A stretch of 46,761 nucleotides of DNA from an uncultured archaeon. Lineage in GTDB: Archaea; Altiarchaeota; Altiarchaeia; JAFGQM01. The notes beneath the pieces were generated by a model that was not told where the DNA came from, ran no database searches, and saw nothing but the letters and a program-made list of their open reading frames with translations. The stretch is taken from contig CAZUDQ010000011.1 of assembly GCA_964619365.1 (NCBI GenBank), positions 1 to 46,761 of the forward strand, read 5' to 3'. A program made the position numbers and the translations under genes. Below are positions 1-9,856 of the stretch, in pieces (position 1 is the stretch's first letter; the number at the start of each line of letters is the position of its first letter).

Positions 1-2
1 CT

Positions 3-227
3 GGAGACACAAACGGCAACGGAGTAATCGACGAAGGCGAAATAGCTGGAGACACAAACGGCAACGGAGTAATCGACGAAGGCGAAATCGCTGGTGATAC
101 CAATGGCGATGACGCGATTTGCAATGGTGAGACTGCAGGAGATTCTAACGGAAACGGAGTAATCGACGAAGGTGAAATCGCAGGAGACACAAACGGTAAT
201 GGAGTAATCGACGAAGGCGAAACAGTA
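3..227 (+). repeat. Five tandem 45-nt (15-aa) coding repeats GDTNGNGVIDEGEIA
   Basis: Repeated ggagacacaaacggcaacggagtaatcgacgaaggcgaa; third copy degenerate (GDTNGDDAICNGETA). Confidence 0.9.
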
Positions 228-2618
228 CAGGAAGATCTTTCTCCAATTTATTGTGGTAATGACTCTTATGGAGGTTTTTGTGGCTCATGCAGCGACGGGC
301 TTGTATGCGTAAATGGGACTTGCGTGTCCTGTGTACCCGATTGTGAAGGAAAAGAATGTGGAGATGACAGCTGCGGAGGATCATGTGGGTCCTGCCCTTA
401 TCTATGCGTTAACTTTGATGACGATGCCCATATTTGTGTCGATCCCGGTCTTTGCTACTGTGTGGTAGGGGAATGTGGGAGTGGACTATGTAATCTCATA
501 TGTGGTAACTACTGTTCTGAAGGCGAGGTATGTGTTGACAGCTCATGCTGCACTCCAAATTGCATCGGAAAAGAGTGTGGTGATGATGGCTGCGAAGGAA
601 CCTGTGGAAGCTGTGCTGCCGGGACGACTTGCGAGAACAATGCTTGCGAGCCTTGTGTTCCGTATTGTGTAAATATTGAATGTGGAAGCGACTCATGCGG
701 TGGAACTTGCGGCTCATGCTCTGAAGGCGAAGCATGTTCAGACGGAACTTGTGATCCTTGCACTCCAGACTGCACGGGAATAGAGTGCGGTGATGACGGT
801 TGCGGCGGCTCCTGCGGAACTTGTCCTGTGGGCTACGCATGCTCTGACAGCTCCTGCGAACTATGTTTGCCGGATTGTGACGGCAAATCTTGCGGCTCAG
901 ACGGTTGCGGAGGCTCCTGCGGAACTTGCGAAGACGGATATATCTGCCAAGGTGTAACTTGTACGATTTGCACTCCAGACTGTGACGGCAAATCTTGCGG
1001 CTCAGACGGTTGCGGAGGCTCCTGCGGAACTTGCGCAGAAGGTGAGGTCTGCACTGACGGGGCATGTGTCTGTCAACCAGACTGTGACGGTAAATCCTGC
1101 GGAAGCAACGGCTGCGGAGGCTCATGCGGAACTTGCGCAGAAGGTGAGGTCTGCACTGACAGGGTATGTGTCTGTCAACCAGACTGTGACGGAAAAGAAT
1201 GCGGTGCTGATGGCTGCGAGGGTTCTTGTGGAAATTGCACAAGTCCTGATGTGTGTACTGACGGGGTATGTGTCTGTCAACCAGACTGTGACGGAAAAGA
1301 ATGTGGTTCAGACGGTTGTGAGGGTTCTTGTGGAAATTGCACAAGTCCTGATGTGTGTACTGACGGGGCATGTGTCTGTCAACCAGACTGTGACGGAAAA
1401 AATTGCGGAAGCGACGGCTGCGACGGCTCATGCGGAACCTGCACAGGTACCGAGGTCTGTTCGGGTGGAACTTGTGTTCCGTGCACCCCTGATTGCGATG
1501 GAAAGTCCTGCGGAAGTGACGGCTGCGACGGCTCATGCGGCAATTGTTCAGAAAACGAGACGTGTGATGGTGGTGTCTGTACTAGTTATGCAGTCTTTAA
1601 TGTATGTGAAAAATGCCCTAGCTCATGCCAATCAACTATAGCTGGAACGGTACTTACCATTCGAGATGGCAACGTTGATGCGCTCGCTTCAGGAATCATA
1701 CCTCTTAACGACACGCGCGAAGGAATAGGCGATTGTATCTATTCTGTCGTCCAGAAGTCGAGCAGTTATCCCTCGCAGTTAGATATGGATTTGTATGATG
1801 CCCAAAACCAGTATACTCCAGCGGAATGGAGTGCAATTGCTCAAAATGATTGTTGTGCAAGGGCAGATGTCACTTTTGAAAAATATAGTTTTAGCTCAGC
1901 AATTTTTCCAATGTCCTCGATTTGTGATATGATTACCTTCAATTATACCGATCCGGAGACTGGCGAAGTATTTGAATGGGAGGACTGTGATTGGGATACG
2001 ATGCAAGAAGCAATGACGGCTGATTTTTCGGACGGAAGTGGCGAGCGTGGAGGTGACTTCGCATGCGTACTCCCTTCAGGGTATGGTGAAGAAGAATGGA
2101 ACGAGTATCATGCCGCCGCCGCCGCGTGTACTGCCACTTATCTTGGAGTATGGGAAGCACGAAAGTCAAATCTCGAGCTTTCTTCAACAGGAGACTGTGA
2201 ATCTTGTTCTTCTACCTCGTGGAGCTATGGCTCAGGATACGCTAACTACCAATCTTCTTCATTTTATCCACCCACCCATTGGTGGCGAAATATCCATTAT
2301 GGGAAAATAATCCTAAAGAGCAATGAAGGTACTCCTGACTGGGCAACAGGAGGCGTTATACACTTAAATATTACGCGGCAAACGCGCGACTTAGACAGAA
2401 ATCTCCTTCCAGAAGAAAACTTTTTTGAAGGCGACGTAACGTTGGGCCTTGATGGAGCATTTGTCCTCCCGATTGCAGACGATTTACCTGTTTATGAGCA
2501 TCAACCTTGGGGAAATTACTGGGATGGTAACCAGTATACTTTTTTACCATCAGGACTTGGATGGTCATCGTACTGGGAAAGATATAAGACAGATTACACT
2601 TGGATGCGTTATGTTTAA
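3..2618 (+). CDS. 5'-partial Cys-rich repetitive extracellular protein: EF-hand-loop repeats, many CxPDCxGKxCGxDGCGGSCGxC repeats, unique C-terminal domain
   Basis: Frame 3 is open from the window edge (GDTNGNGVIDEGEIA...) and in frame with the listed 324..2618 ORF, so the true start lies upstream. No C-terminal TM helix (ends ...TWMRYV). Confidence 0.85.
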   Translation, partial: GDTNGNGVIDEGEIAGDTNGNGVIDEGEIAGDTNGDDAICNGETAGDSNGNGVIDEGEIAGDTNGNGVIDEGETVQEDLSPIYCGNDSYGGFCGSCSDGLVCVNGTCVSCVPDCEGKECGDDSCGGSCGSCPYLCVNFDDDAHICVDPGLCYCVVGECGSGLCNLICGNYCSEGEVCVDSSCCTPNCIGKECGDDGCEGTCGSCAAGTTCENNACEPCVPYCVNIECGSDSCGGTCGSCSEGEACSDGTCDPCTPDCTGIECGDDGCGGSCGTCPVGYACSDSSCELCLPDCDGKSCGSDGCGGSCGTCEDGYICQGVTCTICTPDCDGKSCGSDGCGGSCGTCAEGEVCTDGACVCQPDCDGKSCGSNGCGGSCGTCAEGEVCTDRVCVCQPDCDGKECGADGCEGSCGNCTSPDVCTDGVCVCQPDCDGKECGSDGCEGSCGNCTSPDVCTDGACVCQPDCDGKNCGSDGCDGSCGTCTGTEVCSGGTCVPCTPDCDGKSCGSDGCDGSCGNCSENETCDGGVCTSYAVFNVCEKCPSSCQSTIAGTVLTIRDGNVDALASGIIPLNDTREGIGDCIYSVVQKSSSYPSQLDMDLYDAQNQYTPAEWSAIAQNDCCARADVTFEKYSFSSAIFPMSSICDMITFNYTDPETGEVFEWEDCDWDTMQEAMTADFSDGSGERGGDFACVLPSGYGEEEWNEYHAAAAACTATYLGVWEARKSNLELSSTGDCESCSSTSWSYGSGYANYQSSSFYPPTHWWRNIHYGKIILKSNEGTPDWATGGVIHLNITRQTRDLDRNLLPEENFFEGDVTLGLDGAFVLPIADDLPVYEHQPWGNYWDGNQYTFLPSGLGWSSYWERYKTDYTWMRYV
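969..1478 (+). repeat. Tandem 102-nt (34-aa) Cys-rich coding repeats
   Basis: tgtcaaccagactgtgacgg recurs at 1071, 1173, 1275 and 1377 (exact 102-nt period); more diverged copies flank these. Confidence 0.9.
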
Positions 2619-2633
2619 ACAAAATAAAGCAAA

Positions 2634-4025
2634 ATGGCTAGAGTAGAGATAAACGGCGTAAGGAAAAAGGCATTCCTCCAATTCCCTGCGTTAGTCATAA
2701 TTCTCGTTCTTACTCCCTTAGCTTCAGCCACATTCATCATTGGAAACTCCCCTTCAAACGACTCATTTACAGGAAGTATGGCAAATCCTTATCTAGTCTC
2801 AGGGCGCACCTTAAGCGAGCAAGAAATCTCCGCAGCATACTCAGCAGCCCTCCTTTTGATATCTCAAGATAACTGGAGCTTTAGCGCGCAAGTAACAGAC
2901 TTAGAATTAGGCAGTTATTACTACAATGCCACGGCAACTGACTCTTCAAACAACTCAAATTCAACAGAGACCCGTATCTTAACTATAATAGAATCCAGCG
3001 GACAAGATGAGGTGGGGGGAGACGAGACTCCGATTGTACCTTCAACTTGTGAGAAGGCATGGTCCTGCGGAGAGTGGAGTGCTTGTGCGGACGGAGTCCA
3101 GACACGTGAATGTTCCTGTGGATGCTCTAAGGACTCGCAGTGCACAGGTGCCCACGAAACGCAACAGACTTGTGACGCCTGCGAAGGAATTATCTGCGTG
3201 GACGACGGTAACCCGTGCACAAGCGTTGCATGTGCTAATGGTATATGTGTCACAACGCCACTAACTGGAAAGTCCTGTGATGACGGTGATATTTGTACTA
3301 AAGGGGACACTTGCTCAGATGGAGTATGTACTCCTGGAAACTATGTTTGTGATTGCCAGAGTGCAAGCGATTGCCCGACCCCAGAATGTTTCACCGCAGA
3401 GTGTATTGCCGGCGCATGTGAATTCACATATGATGAGACTTGCGGTAATGAGGAAAAATGCGAAGAAGACTGGTCTTGCGGGAGCTGGAGTGACTGCGAA
3501 GGAGGTCTTAAGACAAGAGAGTGTTCATGCTCTTGTGAGAACGGCAAGTGCCAGGGTGACTCCCAGATGGTAGAAAAATGCGAGATAAACACAACAGATA
3601 AGGCTTTGGATATAGTCCTTGAAGGCGGCGAACTCGTAGGGGATGATGTTAGTGTTACTGTTGTTGATGACAATGGAAACGAAGTCAAAGACGCTACAAT
3701 ACAGTTCATCACACCGGAAGGAATTATAGTATCATATGAAGATGGCTTTAAGGCGTATGAGCGCGGCAAGTGGGCTGTTATGGCTGACAAAAGCGGATAC
3801 GCCGGAGACTACGAACTTTTTGACGTTGACGAGCTTAATGGCAAAGAACCGGAAGGAGAAGGCGCGCTTGCTTCAGTATCCCAGACCATAAGCGACTTTG
3901 TAAACTGGATTGCCGAGTCGGCCTCGCGTTCGGTCTTGCTTCTTGTAGCAGTCATAATCGCAGCAGTATTAATCGTTGTCTTTGCTTCAAAGACCAAGAA
4001 ATCTATGAAGCCCGAGAAGATATAG
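2634..4025 (+). CDS. Membrane-anchored Cys-rich surface protein: LamG/Ig remnant, TSP1-like WSxC and DDxNPCT Cys modules, Ig-like domain, C-terminal TM
   Basis: Signal peptide (..VIILVLTPLASA); motifs CGEWSACADGVQTREC and CVDDGNPCTS; TM VLLLVAVIIAAVLIVVFA followed by a basic tail. Confidence 0.85.
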   Translation: MARVEINGVRKKAFLQFPALVIILVLTPLASATFIIGNSPSNDSFTGSMANPYLVSGRTLSEQEISAAYSAALLLISQDNWSFSAQVTDLELGSYYYNATATDSSNNSNSTETRILTIIESSGQDEVGGDETPIVPSTCEKAWSCGEWSACADGVQTRECSCGCSKDSQCTGAHETQQTCDACEGIICVDDGNPCTSVACANGICVTTPLTGKSCDDGDICTKGDTCSDGVCTPGNYVCDCQSASDCPTPECFTAECIAGACEFTYDETCGNEEKCEEDWSCGSWSDCEGGLKTRECSCSCENGKCQGDSQMVEKCEINTTDKALDIVLEGGELVGDDVSVTVVDDNGNEVKDATIQFITPEGIIVSYEDGFKAYERGKWAVMADKSGYAGDYELFDVDELNGKEPEGEGALASVSQTISDFVNWIAESASRSVLLLVAVIIAAVLIVVFASKTKKSMKPEKI

Positions 4026-4142
4026 TTAGTGGCAACATCGACTCATTTATATTAACCATAAGCCTAGATTAAATTGAAATCCCACATCAAAATAGTCTAC
4101 AAATTGGAACAAGTCACTCATTTTAAAAATTCGCAGAAAATA

Positions 4143-7100
4143 ATGTCCCACCCATCACACATATTACTTGTTTTAGTAGTGGTTCTAACATTTTCTTCAT
4201 TATCAAGTGCCGCAGTCGATGAAGAAGAAGTTTATGAGTATTTTGTCGCACCTCCAGAGTCAAACGATACTGTAGCGGACTTAGGGAATGAGACTGACAC
4301 TGGAAACGAAACAGAAACTGAAGTTGGAAACGAGACGGAACCAAATCCCGAACCTACTCAAGACCCTGTTTCACAACTAATGGGTGACTCAACAACAGAC
4401 TGCTGGGATGACAACACCGTTCCACACCCCATATGTTCCTGTGACGACTTAAATAGAATGCGAACACAGGCCTTATGGGAATACGAACTACAAAACGATA
4501 TAGATTTCTCAGCTTGTGATGTGAGTTACACAACTGGCGAGGGGTGGGATCCACTTGATAATGATGGTAGTGGTTCTTTCAGAGGAAGTTTTTATGGAAA
4601 CAATCACACGATAACAGGTCTTTACATCAACCGCCCAACTGAAAATAATGTGGGTCTTTTTGGGAAGGCCCATGGCGCCCTAATAACCGATTTAGCCTTA
4701 GAGTCAGTTAATGTCACCAGTGACAGTCAGTATGTGGGTGGTCTTGCAGGCGATTTAACTTATTCAATAATTTTAAATTCACATGTAACGGGAAATGTCC
4801 TAGGAACATTCTATCACACTGGCGGTTTTGCTGGATACATGTCTTATTCAACAATCTTAAATTCTTATTTTTCCGGGAACGTTACAGGAGACATCATAGT
4901 AGGTGGCTTTGCCGGGCGCATATACCATGAATCATTAATATCAAATTCTTACTCCACGGGAACTGTCACAGGAAACGGCACAGTAGGAGGGTTTATAGGT
5001 GACACATATTATTACTCGGTAATCAGGGACTCTTACTCCACAGCAAATGTCACAGGAAACGAAGACAAGGTGGGTGGGTTTGCCGGAGTTTTAAATCACG
5101 AAGCAATAATCCTTAACTCTTACTCCACGGGAAACGTCATAGGAAACATAGAAACAGGCGGTTTTGCCGGATATATGGCTAACGAAGCAATACTTTCAAA
5201 CTCTTACTCCACGGGAAACGTCACTGGAACAGTTACTACTGGAGGCCTCGTAGGACTCTTACGAAGTGACGCAACACTCATAGACTCTTACTGGCTAAAC
5301 CATACGGGTGATGATGCCATTGATTGTCACTCTGCCGGGAACGTTAACTGCACAGCAGAACCTTTAGAATCTTATTTCTTTGACTATTCAAATGAACCTG
5401 AAGCATCCTGGGACTTTACAAACATTTGGAATGACTCAAACGACGGTGTTAATTACCCCATTTTACAATCCACAATATTACTTTGTCCAAATTCCATGGG
5501 TGGGGATGGAAGCCTGGCCAATCCCTGTATTATAAGCAGTCTTTTTGATCTTAGGAACATGGTTTCGCGTTTAGATTGCAATTATTCCTTAAGCGTGGAC
5601 TTAGACCTTAACACCCCTCCATTTAATTATGATTACGGTTGGACCCCACTAGGTTCGGAAGCAAGACCATTAAACGGGAACTTTGACGGAGCAAATCACA
5701 CGATAAGCAATCTTTACATAGACCTCCCAACTAGCGAGTATAGTGGCCTTTTTGGGGTCGTTAACAATTCAAATATAAACAACTTAGCTCTACTCTCAGC
5801 TGATGTAACTGGCGGACCCAATACCGGAGGTCTTGTGGGCAAGCTAAGCTCTGGAACAATCCAGGATTCCTATCTTGTAGGTATAATTTCAGGAAATACT
5901 AGTGTCGGAGGTCTCGCAGGAGACTTAAACGAAGGTACTATACAAGATTCTTATGTAATTGCTCTTATTTCAGGAGACTCGAGTGTGGGTGGCATAACAG
6001 GAGACCTCAACGGAGGCACAATAAGAGATTCCTACGCCGTGGGCAGAGTTTCAGGAACATCTAAAGTAGGAGGTCTCGCCGGAGACCTCAACGGAGGCAC
6101 AATAACAGACTCTTACGCGTCAGAAAACATCTCAGGAACATCTAACACTGGCGGCATAACAGGAGACCTCAACGGAGGCACAATAACAGACTCTTACTGG
6201 CTAAACTCAAGTGACGATGCGTCGTCTTGTTATCCCGGTGGCAATGTGGGTTGCAGTCCAGAAGATAACAAAACTTACTTTTTTGAAGTCGCTAATTCGC
6301 CCACAGACTCATGGGATTTTCCCCCATGGGACAATTTTTGCGATAATGTCGGGTACTCGCCACTTGAGTGGGAAGATGTAAACGATACTGCAGACTGCAG
6401 AACCGATTATCCCTATATTGGTTGCCCCGAGGGAATTAGTGGAGCTGGGAGCATAGAAGACCCTTGCCTGATAACAAACGTCTCTAATCTTAATGCGCTA
6501 CGCATGTGTCCTACCTGTAATTACACGCTAACAGCGGATTTAGACCTTGATGTTGCCCCCTATAACGCTGGAGAAGGATGGCTCCCACTATGTAACTCAA
6601 CAACCCCCTTTAGCGGAAGTTTTGACGGGGCAAATCACACGATAGAGAACCTTTACATAAATCGCCCAAGCACTGATGCTAATGGTCTTTTTGCAGTTAT
6701 TGAATATGCTGCGATATCTAATTTGGGTCTAAATTCAGTCAATATCAACGGAAAATCTGATAATGGCGCTATTACAGCAAAGTTAGGAATGAATTCAAGC
6801 ATTTCAAATTCTTACTCCACAGGAAGCGTCACGGGAGCCGTTTTTAATACTGGGGGCCTTATAGGGTCTGTATCCCAATCAACAATCTCAGATTCTTACT
6901 CCACAGCGAATGTTACAGGACTCTATTTCACTGGCGGCCTCACAGGTAGCTTGTCGACAGAGTCAACAGTCTCAAACTCTTACTCCACAGGAACTATCAT
7001 AGGATCCTATTATACTGGCGGTATGGCGGGACGTCATATCTCAGGAACAGTCAATAACTCGTATTCCACAGGAAGCGTCACAGGAGGCTCCTCTACTGGC

Positions 7101-9632
7101 GGCTTTATAGGGAATGTATACGTTGGAGTTATAATCAATAACGCTTACTGGTTAAACCATACTGGTGATGATGCCACCGAATGCTATTCAGGAGGCAATG
7201 AAAACTGTACTGTAAAAACTGATGAACGCTACTTTTTTGCAAGCACAGAGTCCCCTATCTCAAACTGGAGCTTCCCGCCATGGGATTCTTTTTGTAACGG
7301 TGTTGGAAACCAGCCACTTGCATGGCAGGATTTAACGGACCTGAGCAACTGCCCAAATTACCTACCACTTACCTGTCCTGATAATATGTTTGGCGCCGGA
7401 ACCAGTTCGTATCCATGTCAGATAACAAACGTCTCAAACCTTAACGCTTCACGCCTTTGCCTTAACTGCAGTTATTCCTTAACAACGGATTTAGACCTGG
7501 ACATAGCTCCGTACAATACAGGCTCTGGATGGCTTCCAATAGGCAACAACTCAAATCAATTTAGAGGTAACTTTGAGGGGAATAACAACACGATAACAGA
7601 TCTTTACATAAACCGCCCATCTGAACGTTATATGAGCTTTTTTGGATATATCAATAATTCAAATATAAGCAACCTGCATTTAATTTTAATAGGCCTCACA
7701 GGAGACATATACACAGCTGGCCTTGCAGGGGCTGTTTATAGTTCAACAATCTCAAATTCTTCTGTGACGGGAGATATTGCAGGGAGCGGGGGTTCCGGCG
7801 GCCTCACAGGATATTTAGAAAATTCAGCAATCAAAAATTCACATGTAACTGGAAACCTCATAGGGGACGCGGGATCCGGCGGCCTCAGTGGATATGTAAT
7901 GGCCTCCACAATCACAAACTCTTATGCAACTGGGAACATCACAGCAACAAACACTATAGGCGTCCTTGCAGGATATGTGGTTTCTTCATCAATCATAAAC
8001 TCCTATGCCATAGGAAACATCACAGGAACAAATAGCATAGGCGGCCTCACAGGATATTTATATCTGAGTTCACTTACAAACACATATGCCGCAGTAAACG
8101 TAGTTGGAACAAATCATTTAGGTGGCCTCAGTGGATATGTAAGGACCTCCACAGTCACAAACTCTTATGCAACCGGGAACGTCACAGGAACTTCTAGTCT
8201 CGGCGGTCTGACAAGCTCCATATCCGGTTCCACAATCTCAAATTTCTATTGGTTAAACCACACTGACGACAATGCAAGCTCTTGTTACCCTGGCGGAAAC
8301 GTTAACTGCACAACAATTGAAAACGTCTCATACTTCTTTAAGGCCGCAAACACGCCAATTTCAAGCTGGAGCTTCCCGCCATGGGACGCGTTCTGCGAGA
8401 ATGTAGGTTACCAGCCCTTGGCTTGGCAGAACTTGACAAACGAGACAGAGTGCCCAGGATATATCGCCCCTAACTTCACAGTAGACTTCAGGGTCAGTCC
8501 AAGATACATCTCAGAAACAGGAAAGTCTTACTGGAACCTCACAGTTACTAACCTTGTTGCAAGTTCCGCCTTATTGGCAACAATAACAAACCCGAGTGGC
8601 AATGATTACAATGTGAGCATAAACCCTGGAGAGTATTATACGCACTCGTGGGAGCGAGGCGTATCCTGTCCGACAAGAACTCTTACTCAAAGTGTTAGTG
8701 TAAGTTCAATCACACCAGCTCCCGTAACAAAATCAGCTTCAGCAACAGTTTCAGTAAGCTGTTCCTCATCATCATGCAAAAAGTCCTGGGAATGTGACCC
8801 GTGGAGTGCTTGCGAAAACGGAGTCCAGACGCGGGATTGTTCCTGCGCCTGCTCACACAACTCAGATTGTACGGGCGATCATGACGAGAAGCGCGCCTGT
8901 GACCTTTGCGGAGATGTGACCTGCACAGATGACAACAATCCGTGCACAAGTACGTCATGCATTGATGGGGTATGCATAACCCAACTCCTTAGCGGCAGTT
9001 CCTGCGATGACGCAGACCCTTGCACGCTAAATGATTATTGCAAAGAAGGCGTTTGTATCCCAGGTGAAGTTTCAACAGACCCAGCGTGCAGTGAATGCGA
9101 GTTTGAGTGGATATGTGGTAACTGGAGCGACTGCGAAGAAGGTCTTAAAACAAGACTATGTGTTTGCGTGTGCGAAAACAACGACTGCAAAGGCGACTCC
9201 CAAATGGTTGATACCTGTGACCCCTCTGCAGACAAAGGAGAACTTGAAATCGTCATAAAGGGCGGTGAGTTTACAGGAGAGGATATCAAGGTCACAATCC
9301 TTGATGAGGCCGGAAACCCTGTTAATGGCGCAACAATAGAATTCATGGCACCAAACGGTCAAGTGTTCTCATATGAAAAGGGCACTCTTCTTTATGACGC
9401 TGGGACCTGGACTGTTATGGCAGAAAAAGCAGGTTACGCAGGAAACTATATAGAATTTGACGTTGATACCGGGGACGCTGTGGAAAGTTCCAACACGTCA
9501 AAGGACATAAGTACAGGGTCTGATTCAACACCCTTATTAGTAATAATAATTCTAATCGTTATCGTGGCAGCCGTATTAATCCTAAGCTTTGCAACAAAGA
9601 GCAAAGGCTTTAATATTGCCAAGAAAACCTGA
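4143..9632 (+). CDS. Giant GLUG-motif beta-helix surface protein (four modules) with Cys-rich stalk and C-terminal TM anchor
   Basis: Repeated NSYSTGNVTG...VGGFAG units; four modules with GWxP..F.G.F.G.N.TI..LYI and YWLNxxDDA..C. ATG 4143 gives a good signal peptide (the track starts at TTG 4074). Many N-x-S/T sequons. Confidence 0.85.
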   Translation: MSHPSHILLVLVVVLTFSSLSSAAVDEEEVYEYFVAPPESNDTVADLGNETDTGNETETEVGNETEPNPEPTQDPVSQLMGDSTTDCWDDNTVPHPICSCDDLNRMRTQALWEYELQNDIDFSACDVSYTTGEGWDPLDNDGSGSFRGSFYGNNHTITGLYINRPTENNVGLFGKAHGALITDLALESVNVTSDSQYVGGLAGDLTYSIILNSHVTGNVLGTFYHTGGFAGYMSYSTILNSYFSGNVTGDIIVGGFAGRIYHESLISNSYSTGTVTGNGTVGGFIGDTYYYSVIRDSYSTANVTGNEDKVGGFAGVLNHEAIILNSYSTGNVIGNIETGGFAGYMANEAILSNSYSTGNVTGTVTTGGLVGLLRSDATLIDSYWLNHTGDDAIDCHSAGNVNCTAEPLESYFFDYSNEPEASWDFTNIWNDSNDGVNYPILQSTILLCPNSMGGDGSLANPCIISSLFDLRNMVSRLDCNYSLSVDLDLNTPPFNYDYGWTPLGSEARPLNGNFDGANHTISNLYIDLPTSEYSGLFGVVNNSNINNLALLSADVTGGPNTGGLVGKLSSGTIQDSYLVGIISGNTSVGGLAGDLNEGTIQDSYVIALISGDSSVGGITGDLNGGTIRDSYAVGRVSGTSKVGGLAGDLNGGTITDSYASENISGTSNTGGITGDLNGGTITDSYWLNSSDDASSCYPGGNVGCSPEDNKTYFFEVANSPTDSWDFPPWDNFCDNVGYSPLEWEDVNDTADCRTDYPYIGCPEGISGAGSIEDPCLITNVSNLNALRMCPTCNYTLTADLDLDVAPYNAGEGWLPLCNSTTPFSGSFDGANHTIENLYINRPSTDANGLFAVIEYAAISNLGLNSVNINGKSDNGAITAKLGMNSSISNSYSTGSVTGAVFNTGGLIGSVSQSTISDSYSTANVTGLYFTGGLTGSLSTESTVSNSYSTGTIIGSYYTGGMAGRHISGTVNNSYSTGSVTGGSSTGGFIGNVYVGVIINNAYWLNHTGDDATECYSGGNENCTVKTDERYFFASTESPISNWSFPPWDSFCNGVGNQPLAWQDLTDLSNCPNYLPLTCPDNMFGAGTSSYPCQITNVSNLNASRLCLNCSYSLTTDLDLDIAPYNTGSGWLPIGNNSNQFRGNFEGNNNTITDLYINRPSERYMSFFGYINNSNISNLHLILIGLTGDIYTAGLAGAVYSSTISNSSVTGDIAGSGGSGGLTGYLENSAIKNSHVTGNLIGDAGSGGLSGYVMASTITNSYATGNITATNTIGVLAGYVVSSSIINSYAIGNITGTNSIGGLTGYLYLSSLTNTYAAVNVVGTNHLGGLSGYVRTSTVTNSYATGNVTGTSSLGGLTSSISGSTISNFYWLNHTDDNASSCYPGGNVNCTTIENVSYFFKAANTPISSWSFPPWDAFCENVGYQPLAWQNLTNETECPGYIAPNFTVDFRVSPRYISETGKSYWNLTVTNLVASSALLATITNPSGNDYNVSINPGEYYTHSWERGVSCPTRTLTQSVSVSSITPAPVTKSASATVSVSCSSSSCKKSWECDPWSACENGVQTRDCSCACSHNSDCTGDHDEKRACDLCGDVTCTDDNNPCTSTSCIDGVCITQLLSGSSCDDADPCTLNDYCKEGVCIPGEVSTDPACSECEFEWICGNWSDCEEGLKTRLCVCVCENNDCKGDSQMVDTCDPSADKGELEIVIKGGEFTGEDIKVTILDEAGNPVNGATIEFMAPNGQVFSYEKGTLLYDAGTWTVMAEKAGYAGNYIEFDVDTGDAVESSNTSKDISTGSDSTPLLVIIILIVIVAAVLILSFATKSKGFNIAKKT

Positions 9633-9640
9633 AAATAAAC

Positions 9641-9748
9641 AAAAGTAAGATTTTCTTACTTTTTAACATTTCTATTACGTTGAGTTACAAAGTAACCCGA
9701 CCATACTCATCGGGTATTTCGGAATAAAGTAAGATTTTCTTACTTTTT
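9641..9748. promoter_or_regulatory. Duplicated palindrome AAAGTAAGA-ttt-TCTTACTTT, candidate operator pair or terminators
   Basis: Identical 23-mer aaagtaagattttcttacttttt starts at 9642 and 9726, in the intergenic region upstream of a TATA-like tttttatata and the 9857 gene. Confidence 0.55.
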
Positions 9749-9856
9749 TATTTTGAGCACAAAAACTGCGATATGTCGCCTTAATTCTCCCTTTTTGAGC
9801 ATAATATGGCTTTTTATATAAGTAACCACTAAATAGTAGTAACAAAGGTGGGTGGA

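Noticed and set aside
1-227. CRISPR array suggested by regular repeats at the window start
   Set aside because: The units are contiguous 45-nt in-frame coding repeats without unique spacers, and no cas genes are present.
324-326. GTG start of the first ORF as given in the track
   Set aside because: The frame is open to the window edge and there is no signal peptide at 324; the gene is 5'-truncated.
969-1478. Diversity-generating retroelement template/variable repeat pair
   Set aside because: Differences between the compared copies are mostly C/T or synonymous rather than adenine-specific, and no reverse transcriptase is in the window.
496-1641. Long alternative-frame and antisense ORFs (496..1536 minus, 982..1641 plus; likewise 10095..10751 and 10290..10811)
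   Set aside because: These are shadows of repetitive Cys/Gly codon usage in the real genes, with no independent protein features.
4143-9632. Zinc metalloprotease (IgA-protease/ZmpB-like) call for the GLUG protein
   Set aside because: Only the GLUG-type repeats are present; no HExxH catalytic motif was seen.
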